Shown here one piece after another: positions 20,255 through 31,008 of a stretch of DNA of 64,000 nt. Position numbers and translations under genes: made by a program. How positions within the stretch are numbered: position 1 is the stretch's first letter; every line of letters begins with the position of its first letter. The stretch covers positions 1 to 64,000 of the forward strand of contig JBEKSC010000002.1 of the NCBI GenBank assembly GCA_049517415.1. The letters are read 5' to 3'. The notes below the pieces were generated by a model. It saw only the letters and a list, made by a program, of their open reading frames with translations, was not told the origin of the DNA and made no database searches. This DNA is from Candidatus Bathyarchaeia archaeon (GTDB lineage: Archaea > Thermoproteota > Bathyarchaeia > 40CM-2-53-6).

Positions 20255-21031
20255 TCACTCACGTCGATAAATCAGAGTTGCGCTTGCCTCGTCGGTGGGC
20301 CACAGGACGATTTCGCTAATGTTAACATGTGGTGGCCTGGTTATTGCGTAAAATATCGTATCGGCAACGTCATCACCCGTTAACGGAGTCATACCCTTGT
20401 AGGTCTGAGCAGCGCGCTCCCGGTCTCCCCGAAACCTAATCTGCGCAAATTCAGTTTCCACAAGCCCCGGGCTTATGGTTGTAACACGGATTGGTGTACC
20501 GAAAAGGTCTTGCCTTAACCCATCGGACAGGACCCTGACTGCAGCTTTGGAAGCACAATAAACGTTTCCACTAGGATAGGTTTGGATGCCAGCAATGGAG
20601 GCAATGTTAACCACATGGCCCTTCCCTCGTTTCACCATACCTGGAAGAACCAAGCGAGTGACGTAGAGCAGGCCTTTGACGTTGCTATCAATCATCTCTT
20701 CCCAGTCTTCGATATGTCCCTCATGCAACTTGTCGGCACCACGAGCGAGACCCGCATTGTTAATCAACACGTCGATAGACTGCCACTCTTTAGGGAGCCC
20801 TTCAAGAGCGGTCCTGACCTGGTCAGGGTTGCGGACGTCAAATGGCAGTACGAGGCTTGAAGTGCCGTAGTTCTCCTTCAATTCTGCAGCTAAGGCATTA
20901 AGGCGCTCCTCTCTACGTGCGTTCAAAATGACTCTGGCACCGTTCTTGCTGCATACCCGTGCGCAAGCTGCGCCGATTCCGCTACTCGCGCCGGTGATTA
21001 GAACAATCTCATTCGTCAGCATCTGCAACAC
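20255..21031 (-). CDS. NADP-dependent short-chain dehydrogenase (YdfG-like)
   Basis: [17 protein letters not shown]. Confidence 0.92.
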   Translation of the reverse strand: MLQMLTNEIVLITGASSGIGAACARVCSKNGARVILNARREERLNALAAELKENYGTSSLVLPFDVRNPDQVRTALEGLPKEWQSIDVLINNAGLARGADKLHEGHIEDWEEMIDSNVKGLLYVTRLVLPGMVKRGKGHVVNIASIAGIQTYPSGNVYCASKAAVRVLSDGLRQDLFGTPIRVTTISPGLVETEFAQIRFRGDRERAAQTYKGMTPLTGDDVADTIFYAITRPPHVNISEIVLWPTDEASATLIYRRE

Positions 21032-21174
21032 CTTCTCCAGACGAAGCAGTAAATCCGCCGTATATCAGAGCTTCCTTGCGCAGATTAGGATTATCGATAA
21101 TCTATCAGCTAGTATAGAGACTACAGACGGCATGGATATACTGCATTCTAATCTTCGAATATTCGGCGAATGGA

Positions 21175-21519
21175 ATGCTCTCGCCGACTAAGCAACGAGT
21201 CCTGCAACTACAATCTGAGATCTGTAAGATACTCTCCAATCCGAAACGCCTCGAAATCCTTCACGAACTCCGTAGTGGCGAAAAGACCGTGGGTGAATTG
21301 GCATCCAGCACCGCGTTGAAACAAGCAAACGTTTCGCAGCATCTAGCGCTAATGCGACACCGAATGATTGTGGTTGAAAGGCGTGTTGGCAACACGGTGT
21401 TCTATCGAATTTCAGACCGGCGCATCAACGAAGCCTGTGACATCATGCAGCAAGTCCTACTCACGCAGGCTAGCGAGGACTCGAAGTTGGTTAGGTTGGC
21501 GGTCACGTCCAGTCGCTAA
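21175..21519 (+). CDS. ArsR/SmtB-family regulator (BigR/SqrR-like, two Cys)
   Basis: CKILSNPKRLEIL, VSQHLA, YRISD...AC. Confidence 0.88.
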   Translation: MLSPTKQRVLQLQSEICKILSNPKRLEILHELRSGEKTVGELASSTALKQANVSQHLALMRHRMIVVERRVGNTVFYRISDRRINEACDIMQQVLLTQASEDSKLVRLAVTSSR

Positions 21520-21527
21520 AAAAGGAG

Positions 21528-22034
21528 ATGAAAAAAATGCAAACCTTAGAACAGAAAACTGCTACGCCGTTGAAACGAAATAAGCTCGTCATAATTTGCT
21601 CGAAAGGCAGCTTGGATATGGCTTATCCTCCGTTAATGTTAGCAACGACAGGCGCGGCGATGGGCATGGAGGTTCACCTCTACTTCACCTTCTGGGGAAT
21701 GAACATGATTACGAAGAAGACAATTGACTCACTAAAAATCTCCCCCGTCGGAAACCCAGCCCTCCCCTTGCCTAACATTCTTGGAATGATTCCTGGAATG
21801 AGCAGCATGGTGACATCAATGATGACAAAGAAAATGCAGAAAATGAAGATGCCCAGCATCAGAGAAATGATAGCTACTGCCAAGGAGAGCGGCGTCAAAT
21901 TCCACGCGTGCTCCCCATCAATGAACATGATGGGCCTGAAGAAGGAAGACTTGATTCCGGAAGTGGACGACATCATCGGCGCGACAACATACCTTGACCT
22001 AGCATCAGAAGACGCCATAACACTCTTCGTGTAA
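21528..22034 (+). CDS. DsrE/DsrF-like (DsrE2) sulfur relay protein
   Basis: KGSLDMAYPP, YFTFWG, GVKFHAC, GATTYL. Confidence 0.88.
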   Translation: MKKMQTLEQKTATPLKRNKLVIICSKGSLDMAYPPLMLATTGAAMGMEVHLYFTFWGMNMITKKTIDSLKISPVGNPALPLPNILGMIPGMSSMVTSMMTKKMQKMKMPSIREMIATAKESGVKFHACSPSMNMMGLKKEDLIPEVDDIIGATTYLDLASEDAITLFV

Positions 22035-22048
22035 ACGGAGGAACTCCC

Positions 22049-22309
22049 ATGTCAACACCTGAAACTGCAATCAAAGCCCCCATCGTGGTTGACTCTCGGG
22101 GCACAATGTGCCCCGGCCCCATAACGGACCTATTCAAAGCCTACCGCCACGCAAACATAGGCGACGTAATCGAACTCCTCGCCACTGACCCTGCGGCGAA
22201 AAGCGACACTCAAGCTTGGGCCAAACGTAGCGGAAACGAAATTCTGGAAATCGTTGACGAGAAAGACTACGTTCGAATCAAAGTACACATCGTCAAGAAA
22301 GGCCGCTAG
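22049..22309 (+). CDS. tusA: TusA/SirA sulfur carrier
   Basis: DSRGTMCPGP, ATDPAAKSD. Confidence 0.9.
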   Translation: MSTPETAIKAPIVVDSRGTMCPGPITDLFKAYRHANIGDVIELLATDPAAKSDTQAWAKRSGNEILEIVDEKDYVRIKVHIVKKGR

Positions 22310-22320
22310 CAAGAAGATCT

Positions 22321-23532
22321 ATGATGGCCCAACACAGGATCAACATTGTCGTTGTTGGGGGTGGAACGGGAGGAACGTTAGCCGCCAATCTGCTGGCGAG
22401 CCACCTTCACAGCGAAATGAAAGCAGAACAAGTGGAGGTGCAGCTCATCTGCGGCCAAAAGACCCACATTTTTCAACCTGGTTATTTACACGTCGCCTTC
22501 AAGGGCCTGAACCCGAGCGATATCATCCGCCCTGAAGAAGAGCTCGTCAATTCGGGCGTGAAGCTCATTGCTCAAGATGCTCAACGAATCGAATTGGCAG
22601 CGAAGACAGTGACGCTCGCATCCGGAGAGAAGATTAGCTATGACTACCTGATAGTGGCAACTGGAAGCGTACCCGACCCATCAGTCATTCCTGGCTTGAG
22701 TGAAGCTGCTCTAAACTTTCATACCAGCCCTGAGGAATCAAGTAAAATCTGGAATGCAATCCAGAACTTTGATGGAGGCCATGTCGTCGTAGGAATCGCC
22801 GGTGTACCTCACAAGTGTCCCCCGTCGCCAAATGAAGCGGCCTTCTTAGTAGACGATTATTTCAGGGAGCAGGGTACCCGTGATAAGGTGAAGATAACTT
22901 TCGTTACTCCATACCCACGGCCTTACCCTGCCGAACCCATGTCCAAGGTTGTCGAACCGCGTTTTCAACAGCGCGGGATTGAAGTTGTGACATTCTTCAA
23001 TGTTGAGTCCGTGGACCCAGCAAAGCGTGAGGTCTATTCCCTCGAAGGCGAATCATTACAATACGATTTACTCATAATGGTTCCACCGCATCGTGGCGCA
23101 GACGTTATAATGAAGTCGGGAATCGGTGACGCGGATGGATGGATTCCCACCGACAAGGGAACACTTCGAATTGTAGGCTATGAGAACGCGTACGCGATTG
23201 GGGATGCTACCAACATCCCTGTCTCGAAGACCGGCGTAACCGCACACCTAGAAGCAATCGTTGCCGTAGACAACGTCATATCCTCAATTCGGAAGGGTGG
23301 TAAGCTCTTCAAGTACAACGGCCGCATTAACTGCCCGTTCGAGATGGGTTCGGGGCAAGCTTCCTTTGTCGTCGGATCTTACGACATGCCGGTGAAGCAA
23401 ATTCAGCCCTCACGAATTCGTTATACGATGAAGAAAGCATTTGCCCGATTCTACTGGCAAACGTTGTCCGGAAGTTGGGATTGGTTGCTGAAAGCATATT
23501 TCGGAAGAACGTACACGATTGACACTCCGTAA
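22321..23532 (+). CDS. sqr: sulfide:quinone oxidoreductase-like flavoprotein
   Basis: GGGTGG, HIFQPG, KCPPSPNE, YAIGD, YNGRINC. Confidence 0.82.
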   Translation: MMAQHRINIVVVGGGTGGTLAANLLASHLHSEMKAEQVEVQLICGQKTHIFQPGYLHVAFKGLNPSDIIRPEEELVNSGVKLIAQDAQRIELAAKTVTLASGEKISYDYLIVATGSVPDPSVIPGLSEAALNFHTSPEESSKIWNAIQNFDGGHVVVGIAGVPHKCPPSPNEAAFLVDDYFREQGTRDKVKITFVTPYPRPYPAEPMSKVVEPRFQQRGIEVVTFFNVESVDPAKREVYSLEGESLQYDLLIMVPPHRGADVIMKSGIGDADGWIPTDKGTLRIVGYENAYAIGDATNIPVSKTGVTAHLEAIVAVDNVISSIRKGGKLFKYNGRINCPFEMGSGQASFVVGSYDMPVKQIQPSRIRYTMKKAFARFYWQTLSGSWDWLLKAYFGRTYTIDTP

Positions 23533-23546
23533 CAGGTGTAAGTGAG

Positions 23547-24014
23547 ATGGCTGCACAAGTTTCATTGAAATTAGAGCGGGTTAAGGATCTTAAGTTCAAT
23601 GTTGGCCTTCAGGATGGCCGCAGAATCGAGCTGAACTCAGCGAAAGAGATGGGACACGCTTTTACTCCCATGGAGCTCTTCTTGGTCGGTTTGGCAGGTT
23701 GCACTGCGATGGATGTGCAGTGGATTATGGGTAAAGAGAGGCAACAGGTTGACCGGCTGGAAATTTCAGCCCGGGGAACGCGGCGCGATGAAGACCCGAG
23801 ATACTATGAAACCATAGACCTAGAATATACGCTCGCAGGCCCGAGCATCAGAAAGGATGCCGTTGAAAGGGCAATTCGACTCTCACAGGAGGAATACTGT
23901 TCAGTGCGGGCCATGGTAAAGGATAGTGTAAGAATTAACATAACCTACAAGATTGCGAACGGAACCGAACCCGAGCAAAAGTACGTCTATACTCCGCCTC
24001 ATGCTTCAGATTGA
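23547..24014 (+). CDS. OsmC/Ohr-family (YhfA-like) protein
   Basis: PMELFLVGLAGC...SQEEYCSV. Confidence 0.88.
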   Translation: MAAQVSLKLERVKDLKFNVGLQDGRRIELNSAKEMGHAFTPMELFLVGLAGCTAMDVQWIMGKERQQVDRLEISARGTRRDEDPRYYETIDLEYTLAGPSIRKDAVERAIRLSQEEYCSVRAMVKDSVRINITYKIANGTEPEQKYVYTPPHASD

Positions 24015-24272
24015 AGAGCTTAACCCATGGGGACAACGTCGCTTTTATTCCGGTTGGGCCTTATCTTAGCTGGATGAATATTGGGAAACCCTAAGATGGT
24101 TCGTAAGAAAAAGAAAGAACAGCCTAAGCCCGCGGCTCCGGGCCATATGTCCACCTCAGGACATTAGCCGCCTCCTAGCTAGTTCCGAATCGCCTGCGTC
24201 AAAGAACTCGACTTTATGTACGTAAGTCTCCATTGAGGCCCAGCGATTCACATCTTCGGCGGACCTAATCAA

Positions 24273-25445
24273 ATGCAGCATGCAGACCACAAGGAATTTT
24301 ACCAGTACGACCCCGACAAAAGGATCCTTGCTGCACGCTACGAAAATGTGAAACTGATTCTAGAGCCCATAACTGGAACCATCGTTCCAGTCACATTTTC
24401 CCTCTTCCTAGTATTCTCAGGCATCTCAGTCTGGCTGGCCCACCATCTCTCTTCAACGACCGGTTCCTATTGGGTAACATTGGGCGTGTACATTGTCATC
24501 TTCGTGAGCTTCCTGCAGCTTGTAGAAATGCCATTCTCATTTTACTCAGGCTTTGTTGTTGATCACAGGTTTCACCTTTCGACACAAACCGTGAAAGGCT
24601 GGGCTGTGGACGAGTTAAAGAGCCTGGGAGTCGAGGTGGCGTTTGGCCTGCTTGCGGGAACAATCCTCTATTATCTGATAAGGGCGGTGAGTTTCTGGTG
24701 GCTCGCGGCCGCAGTCCTATTTGCAATTTTCTCAATCTTGCTTTCAATAATTCTGCCCTACGTCTTCCTGCCCTTATTTTACAAAGTGACACCGCTCGCC
24801 GATTCATCTTTGAAGGATAATCTTCTTGAAATGTCTAGAAAGGTCGGCGCGAAAAGCGTTGACCGTGTTATAGTGGCAGATGAGAGCAGAAAATCCGTCA
24901 GGGCGAACGCGTTCTTCTCTGGAATTGGTAAGAGCAAAGCGATCGTACTATTCGATACGTTGTTGAGCAATTTCACGCGGAGAGAGGTGATCACCGTGGT
25001 TGCTCACGAGCTTGGGCATTATGTGAACAAGGATATTTGGAAGGAGGCGATTCTATCGGGTTTCTTGATTGTACCGCCCTTCTTCATTGCTGACTACGTT
25101 CTGAGGTTGGGCGCGGGCAACTTAGGGCTGACTGGAGCAGCTGACCCTGCAGGCGTTCCCGTAATCTTCGCCATCCTAATGGGTGTGAGCTTCATGCTTC
25201 AACCCATCTCCAATGGAATCTCACGAATAATGGAGAGTAAGGCAGACGAGTTTGCTCTCCGCGCCGCGGATGATTCAGAGGCGCAGTCGTCAGCCGAAAG
25301 GAGGCTAGCCGATTTGAGCCTTGCAGTTGACAAGCCGAACCGGCTGGTAGAACTCGTCTTCTACACTCATCCTTCGCCCTCCAAACGCGTGCAATTGGCT
25401 GACGGTTGGAGGAAAGAGCAAACGAGCGGAAGAAACGCCGATTAG
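24273..25445 (+). CDS. M48 (Ste24-type) membrane zinc metalloprotease
   Basis: ANAFFSG, HELGH, ESKADEFA, THP. Confidence 0.92.
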   Translation: MQHADHKEFYQYDPDKRILAARYENVKLILEPITGTIVPVTFSLFLVFSGISVWLAHHLSSTTGSYWVTLGVYIVIFVSFLQLVEMPFSFYSGFVVDHRFHLSTQTVKGWAVDELKSLGVEVAFGLLAGTILYYLIRAVSFWWLAAAVLFAIFSILLSIILPYVFLPLFYKVTPLADSSLKDNLLEMSRKVGAKSVDRVIVADESRKSVRANAFFSGIGKSKAIVLFDTLLSNFTRREVITVVAHELGHYVNKDIWKEAILSGFLIVPPFFIADYVLRLGAGNLGLTGAADPAGVPVIFAILMGVSFMLQPISNGISRIMESKADEFALRAADDSEAQSSAERRLADLSLAVDKPNRLVELVFYTHPSPSKRVQLADGWRKEQTSGRNAD

Positions 25446-25464
25446 AATGTATCTCGAGACCTTA

Positions 25465-26001
25465 TCAGTAGACCTTTCTGACTCGTGAGATTAAAGACGG
25501 GCCAATCGCGGCAAGCAATATTGCTGTAGTTAACTCGTCCGCTAGGCCGAAAGGATAAACGCTTGCGCCGCCCGTGATGAATGGAACGAAGAGGGCAAGG
25601 ACCGCGCCCACCCAAGGATAGCTGAAAAGTAAGACATCGATGATAGAGGTCCCAATATCGAAGATCATGGTCAGCAAGAAACCTACGCCCGCCATTTTCC
25701 ACCGATTAAGCGAGCTAGCATGATGCCATAGAAGACCCGCGAACAATCCGACTATGGCCATACAGCTTGAAGTCTCCAAGGTCCAGATACCAGCCCCGTA
25801 TGGGCTGACCAAATCGCTGAGCGTCATGGAAAGCCAGCCCACGGCAAACCCGGCCACGGGACCGCCGATCACTCCACCGACGATGACAAGAAAGGCAACT
25901 GGCTTGACGTTTGGTGGACCCCAGGCGAGCGCGAACCTAAAGGCAACGTTCGCCGCGGAGAGTGAGGCTATGAGGGCCAAGAGCCTTGTCTTACTTGGCA
26001 A
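25465..26001 (-). CDS. ECF transporter S component
   Basis: PNVKP motif, GPVAGFAVG, multi-TM, 178 aa. Confidence 0.78.
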   Translation of the reverse strand: MPSKTRLLALIASLSAANVAFRFALAWGPPNVKPVAFLVIVGGVIGGPVAGFAVGWLSMTLSDLVSPYGAGIWTLETSSCMAIVGLFAGLLWHHASSLNRWKMAGVGFLLTMIFDIGTSIIDVLLFSYPWVGAVLALFVPFITGGASVYPFGLADELTTAILLAAIGPSLISRVRKVY

Positions 26002-26238
26002 CCACGACGCTACCTGGATGGATCATCCAGACCACCACCTGTAAAGCCTTCCTGACGCACGAGACGGATTTCTAACGGAATGAAACCCCACTTCTGCAAC
26101 CTCGGCGATTGTTGGGGACTCTGCCCATAGCGTCGAGCTTCTCCCTGGCTAAATGAGTGACCGAATCGTCTGTGAAACTTAAATCTAGGCACGAAATCCA
26201 ATCTCGAATCTATTGTCTGTAGGAGAAAACTGGGAAAG

Positions 26239-27798
26239 TTGTCTAGAACAAGAAGCGCGATCTGTCTTGTAATTGTCCTGCTCATGGTCGGTGGGGCGAC
26301 GATTCCAATTCTAGCATTCAATGTGAAGGGCACGCCTTCCAAGATTCAACATATTATTTTCATAATCCAAGAAAACCACTCGTTCGACAACTATTTCGGA
26401 ACCTATCCAGGGGCAAATGGCTTGCCACTCGGAATCGCGATTCCAGTCGACCCCAATCAAACGAATCTGGGAGTTGTTCAACCCTTTCATCTGAATGTAA
26501 CCAAGCCAGTCTTGATTGTGGGGGATGAATTGCCCCCAGGTGTTTCCGACCCTTCGCAGTTGGGAGGTGACGGTGACGATTTGATGGGACCCTTCCCATT
26601 TGGTAATGAATCGATCCAAGGTGACCTTTCCCACGCATGGAAGGTAGCGCACATAGACTATGATGGAGGTAAGATGGATGGGTTCGTTGCTGGCGAGAAG
26701 GGCACTCTAACGATGGGGTACTACGACAGAAATGACATACCCTACTACTGGGATTACGCTGACAACTATGTATTGGACGATAATTTCTTTTCTTCTCTCA
26801 TGGGTCCGAGCTTTCCGAACCACCTGTACATCGTATCTGGGACCAACGGCCCAACGAATGGGTTGACTTATCGTTGGGTATGGCACAACGGCGTAATCGA
26901 TAACCCAGTCACTGGGTTTGGTTGGCAGGGAGTCAGCCTCTCGTGGGCCACGCTCGCAGAAGAAATGAGCGACGCGAGTGTCCCCTGGACTTGGTACAAT
27001 GGTGACGCGAAACCCCTAGAACCCTCAATCTGGAACGTCCTCCCCCTCTTCACCTACTTCCAGACCCATCCTGACCAGTTGAAGGAACATGTGAAGAACA
27101 CGCAATCCTTCATCTCAGACATTCAAAGCGGACAATTGCCTGCTGTTTCTTGGATAATCCCTGGAGGATGGCACCCGCCCGTTTGGCCGACCGCTTGTAT
27201 TGGGCAATCACCAAGTGAACATCCACCCGCCAGAAGTGATTGCGGCATGGATTATGTTGCCTACTTGATCAATCACGTGATGCAGAGCCAATACTGGCAG
27301 TCCACCGCTATCGTATTGACGTGGGACGATTACGGAGGGTTCTACGACCATGTCCCCCCACCGCAAGTGGATCAATACGGTGAAGGGTTCCGGGTCCCAA
27401 CCCTCGTAATCTCGCCTTGGGCAAAACACCATTTCATAGACAATACCCAATACGAATTCGGATCGTTCTTGAAACTGGCAGAGGAAACGTTCAACTTGCC
27501 ATCACTCGGGACGAGGGATGTAATATCTAACGACATGATGAATTCTTTTGATTTCAACCAAGCTCCACAATCAGGGCTAATTGAGCCAGCTAATTTCGTG
27601 GGGCCTGCCCAGTCAGCGACGACAACGCAGCAGTCAACTCAAACGACTGGAACCATAGTACAAGGTACAGAGTCAACCTTACTCTCGGGGGTTGGTTTCT
27701 TCTACATCGTTGCGGCAGCGGTGGTGGTTACTGTGGCAATCATTGCCGCGGTCGTAATTCGACGATGGAACAGTCGGTTACCGCAAGGGTCTCATTAG
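26239..27798 (+). CDS. membrane-anchored phosphoesterase (phospholipase C/acid phosphatase family)
   Basis: [35 protein letters not shown]; signal peptide, Thr/Gln linker and C-terminal TM. Confidence 0.9.
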   Translation: MSRTRSAICLVIVLLMVGGATIPILAFNVKGTPSKIQHIIFIIQENHSFDNYFGTYPGANGLPLGIAIPVDPNQTNLGVVQPFHLNVTKPVLIVGDELPPGVSDPSQLGGDGDDLMGPFPFGNESIQGDLSHAWKVAHIDYDGGKMDGFVAGEKGTLTMGYYDRNDIPYYWDYADNYVLDDNFFSSLMGPSFPNHLYIVSGTNGPTNGLTYRWVWHNGVIDNPVTGFGWQGVSLSWATLAEEMSDASVPWTWYNGDAKPLEPSIWNVLPLFTYFQTHPDQLKEHVKNTQSFISDIQSGQLPAVSWIIPGGWHPPVWPTACIGQSPSEHPPARSDCGMDYVAYLINHVMQSQYWQSTAIVLTWDDYGGFYDHVPPPQVDQYGEGFRVPTLVISPWAKHHFIDNTQYEFGSFLKLAEETFNLPSLGTRDVISNDMMNSFDFNQAPQSGLIEPANFVGPAQSATTTQQSTQTTGTIVQGTESTLLSGVGFFYIVAAAVVVTVAIIAAVVIRRWNSRLPQGSH

Positions 27799-28812
27799 AA
27801 CCTCGCCGGCCGTCTTTCGGGGAGTAGGCTTGACATCTGGACCGTAGCCTAGTCGGAGGAGGAGTTGCGGGAAGCCCCTCACGCCCAAAATCTCCCGAAG
27901 TCTGGGGAGCAGTTCAGGGACTTCGATAGGTTGGTTCAGGAAGGATGCCCAGACCTCTTCAGCGCGGGCGCTTAACAATACTCTTTCCAAGGCTTGACCC
28001 GTTGACAACCAGTTCTCTGGGGCGTTAGCGGCTGACCCAAGCACCGCCAAGACCGGGGACCCAGTGGCAAGTTGGCGGTCTTTAGCAGCCTGCCCTTTCC
28101 CAAAGTCGAACGTTCTTACGATAAGAGGCGCCAGAGTGGAAGTGACACCCCCCAAACCAAGGGCAAAGCCTGGCATGCCGTCGTGGCTAACGTCTCGATT
28201 GCGATGCATCCAAGCGGCGAGTTCACGTCGAAAAGGTGCGTTAGCCATTTGAATATTGTCGCCTTCAGCGACTAGGTCGGCAACTTTGTTGCGGCCACTT
28301 TCGCCGAGGACGAAATGAAGCCATGCATCTTCTTTGTTTGCCGCCGCCTTCAACTTTGAGAGGACTTTCTCTGGAACCTCCCGAGGTTCGAACGGCATGC
28401 GGTTTGTGTGGCGCTGGGCGATTGCATGGAAGAGTGAGTCATCTTCTGCGGTAGGCTTTCGTTTTCCGCCGAAACCGACGCGTGCCAGAAGGTCGGGTTC
28501 ATTCTTATCCGGGAAGGTTTTCACTTTGCCTTCGTAATCGAAATGTCGGAGAGCCACTCGCAAGTTGAAGAGGGCCGCACCACAGGCCATCACTAGTTCT
28601 CGATCTTCAGGGTCACAAACAGCGAGAGCCCGAGTCCGGTCAGCATATAGCTCGACCTCTTCTCCCACAATCTTGAACAGCCAAGGTTGCGAATTGTGTC
28701 CCGATGGTGCCAGAACTGCATAGTTCAAGAGGTAACGCAGCTTGTCTGAGGGTTTCCCCTTTTTCGGAAAGATTCGCTCAGAAATCTCCCATGGGTTCCA
28801 TAATTCTGACAT
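27778..28812 (-). CDS. Acg-family nitroreductase-like FMN protein
   Basis: [33 protein letters not shown]. Confidence 0.88.
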   Translation of the reverse strand: MSELWNPWEISERIFPKKGKPSDKLRYLLNYAVLAPSGHNSQPWLFKIVGEEVELYADRTRALAVCDPEDRELVMACGAALFNLRVALRHFDYEGKVKTFPDKNEPDLLARVGFGGKRKPTAEDDSLFHAIAQRHTNRMPFEPREVPEKVLSKLKAAANKEDAWLHFVLGESGRNKVADLVAEGDNIQMANAPFRRELAAWMHRNRDVSHDGMPGFALGLGGVTSTLAPLIVRTFDFGKGQAAKDRQLATGSPVLAVLGSAANAPENWLSTGQALERVLLSARAEEVWASFLNQPIEVPELLPRLREILGVRGFPQLLLRLGYGPDVKPTPRKTAGEVLMRPLR

Positions 28813-28930
28813 TTCAGAGCCCCCCCAGAAGTTCACGAAATTTCGTGAGTCGCCCAGCTATTAAGAGAATTGCCCAGTTCCCTTGCTAGAACACCAAAAG
28901 TCTGTTATCGCCCCTTAGCCGAACTTCCCG

Positions 28931-30379
28931 TTGATGACCATGAAGGAGTACGACGTTATCGCAATCGGTACTGGTTCGACGATGTATGTTCTCCAAGGCT
29001 TGATGCAACGGAATCCGAACGTAAAGATCGCTGTCATAGACAAGGATGAGCCCGGCGGAATATGCCTGACTCGAGGTTGCATCCCATCTAAGATTCTACT
29101 ATACCCAGCAGCAGTCGTCCGCACAATTCAACGTGCGGAAGCCTTCGGGATTGAGGTCGACTTGAAGACCGTGAATTTTGCGAAGGTAATGAAACGGATG
29201 AGAACGCTAATAGACAAAGATATAGAATTGATAAGGCAAGGCCTATCCAGTTCCCCAAACATCGAGTACTACCACGCCACGGCCGAATTTACCGGCCCGT
29301 ACACGCTCAAGGTTCAAGATGAGACGATCAAGTCGAAAATGGTTCTCCTCTCGACCGGCTCACAGACGACCATACCCCCCATTGATGGCTTGAAGGAAGC
29401 AGGCTACTTAACGAGCGACACAATTCTCCACGAAACGAAACTACCCAAAAGCATTGCAATCATCGGGGGCGGCTACATAGCCGCCGAATACGCCCATTTC
29501 CTATCAGCGATGGGTTCGAAGGTTACGATAATTGGCAGAAACCCGCAGTTCCTACCACAAGAAGAGCCGGAAGTCTCTGCACTCGCCAAAGAGGAGCTAG
29601 GGAAACACATGACTATCCTAACAAATCATGAGGTTATACAAGCGAGTAAGACGCCCGATGGCAACAAGAAACTCGTCGCTGTGAATAGAGAAACTGGGCA
29701 GAAAACACCCATTACTGCTGATGAAGTAATGATTGCCACAGGGCGAGAATCGGGCACCGAAATGCTTCACCCAGACCACGCTGGAATTAAGACTGACGCG
29801 CACGGGTGGATTGTAGTCGACGAATACTTGCAAACAACATCCCCAAACGTCTGGGCGTTCGGCGACGCGAACGGCAAGTACCTCTTCAAACACAAAGCCA
29901 ACTACGATGCTGAAATAGTCTACTCCAACGCTGTTCTAGGGAGGAAGATCCCCTTCGACTACCACGCCGTCCCACACGCCGTCTTTACAGATCCTGAAAT
30001 TGCCAGCGTCGGACTGAGGGAGAAAGAGGCGCTGGAGCAATTCGGCCCGGACAGGATTCTAATCGGTTTTGAACAATATGAAAACACAGCGAAAGGAGAA
30101 GCCATGGCTGTGAAGAACTTCTTCGTGAAGGTAATCTTGGAAAGGGATAGCCTCCGCATATTAGGCGCTCACCTTATCGGCCCAGAGGCGTCCGTGCTAA
30201 TCCAGGAAATCATCAACCTCATGTACACGCCGGACCAGAGCGCACGGCCTCTGATGAATGCGATGCACATCCACCCCGCGCTGAGCGAGGTAGTCCAGCG
30301 AGCGTTCGGATCACTAATGACACCTGAACAGTACCACCACCAACTAAGCCACATGATGGGACACGAAGAGCACGCCTGA
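28931..30379 (+). CDS. pyridine nucleotide-disulfide oxidoreductase (dihydrolipoamide dehydrogenase/mycothione reductase-like)
   Basis: GGICLTRGCIPSK, GGGYIAAE, HIHPALSE. Confidence 0.9.
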   Translation: MMTMKEYDVIAIGTGSTMYVLQGLMQRNPNVKIAVIDKDEPGGICLTRGCIPSKILLYPAAVVRTIQRAEAFGIEVDLKTVNFAKVMKRMRTLIDKDIELIRQGLSSSPNIEYYHATAEFTGPYTLKVQDETIKSKMVLLSTGSQTTIPPIDGLKEAGYLTSDTILHETKLPKSIAIIGGGYIAAEYAHFLSAMGSKVTIIGRNPQFLPQEEPEVSALAKEELGKHMTILTNHEVIQASKTPDGNKKLVAVNRETGQKTPITADEVMIATGRESGTEMLHPDHAGIKTDAHGWIVVDEYLQTTSPNVWAFGDANGKYLFKHKANYDAEIVYSNAVLGRKIPFDYHAVPHAVFTDPEIASVGLREKEALEQFGPDRILIGFEQYENTAKGEAMAVKNFFVKVILERDSLRILGAHLIGPEASVLIQEIINLMYTPDQSARPLMNAMHIHPALSEVVQRAFGSLMTPEQYHHQLSHMMGHEEHA

Positions 30380-30598
30380 AGGACATCACGAGCGTAATGG
30401 AAGAGCGGGTAAGCTAATTGTTTCGTATCGAATTTGCCTTGTTTGGGCTAGGTTTCTCAAGAACATGCCGAAAGAATTAGTTGGACCATCTCTGCCGTAG
30501 TTGGGGTTTGGTAGTCGTGGTTCTCGGATCGGCGCTTTTTTCTCTACTTCATTCCTTTAGAGATTCTTGCCGCATTCGGAACCATCGCGATTCTCGAT

Positions 30599-30871
30599 TT
30601 GCTCAATCGCTACCGGACTCGCCTAACCCTTGACAGGAGCGGTTTTCTTAGTATCGGAGTTTTGCTCACCATCTTTACCTTCTTGGGCGTTGCGTTGTCT
30701 CTTTCCATAGTGTCTCTACGCGTTTCATTGGCCATCATACCATTATTTCTGGGCGTTGAAGCGCTCGTAAGTTCGTATCGACCGACTCTCCTTAGAATGG
30801 ACGTCACGACGCTTTTCGTCACTTCAATAATACTTGAAGAGATCGGCAGGGCTCTATACGTTATGACTTGA
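30599..30871 (+). CDS. hydrophobic ORF, possibly the 3' part of a frameshifted membrane protein gene
   Basis: hydrophobic reading continues upstream but changes frame at a T6 run near 30536-30541. Confidence 0.4.
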   Translation: MLNRYRTRLTLDRSGFLSIGVLLTIFTFLGVALSLSIVSLRVSLAIIPLFLGVEALVSSYRPTLLRMDVTTLFVTSIILEEIGRALYVMT

Positions 30872-31008
30872 GAGCGCCATCAAAACTGGTTTTCGAGATC
30901 AGGTTCCGTTGTTAGTTTCGATGTGTGAAAAAAGTAAGCAGCCTGTTTCAAGATGAAAAATGACGCCATGGCCCGTTCAGAACCACCATCTCACTCGTAC
31001 GAACAGGT

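Noticed and set aside
26003..26150. Canonical FMN or cobalamin riboswitch
   Set aside because: Only short motifs match; the conserved core sequences are missing, so it is kept only as an unclassified candidate
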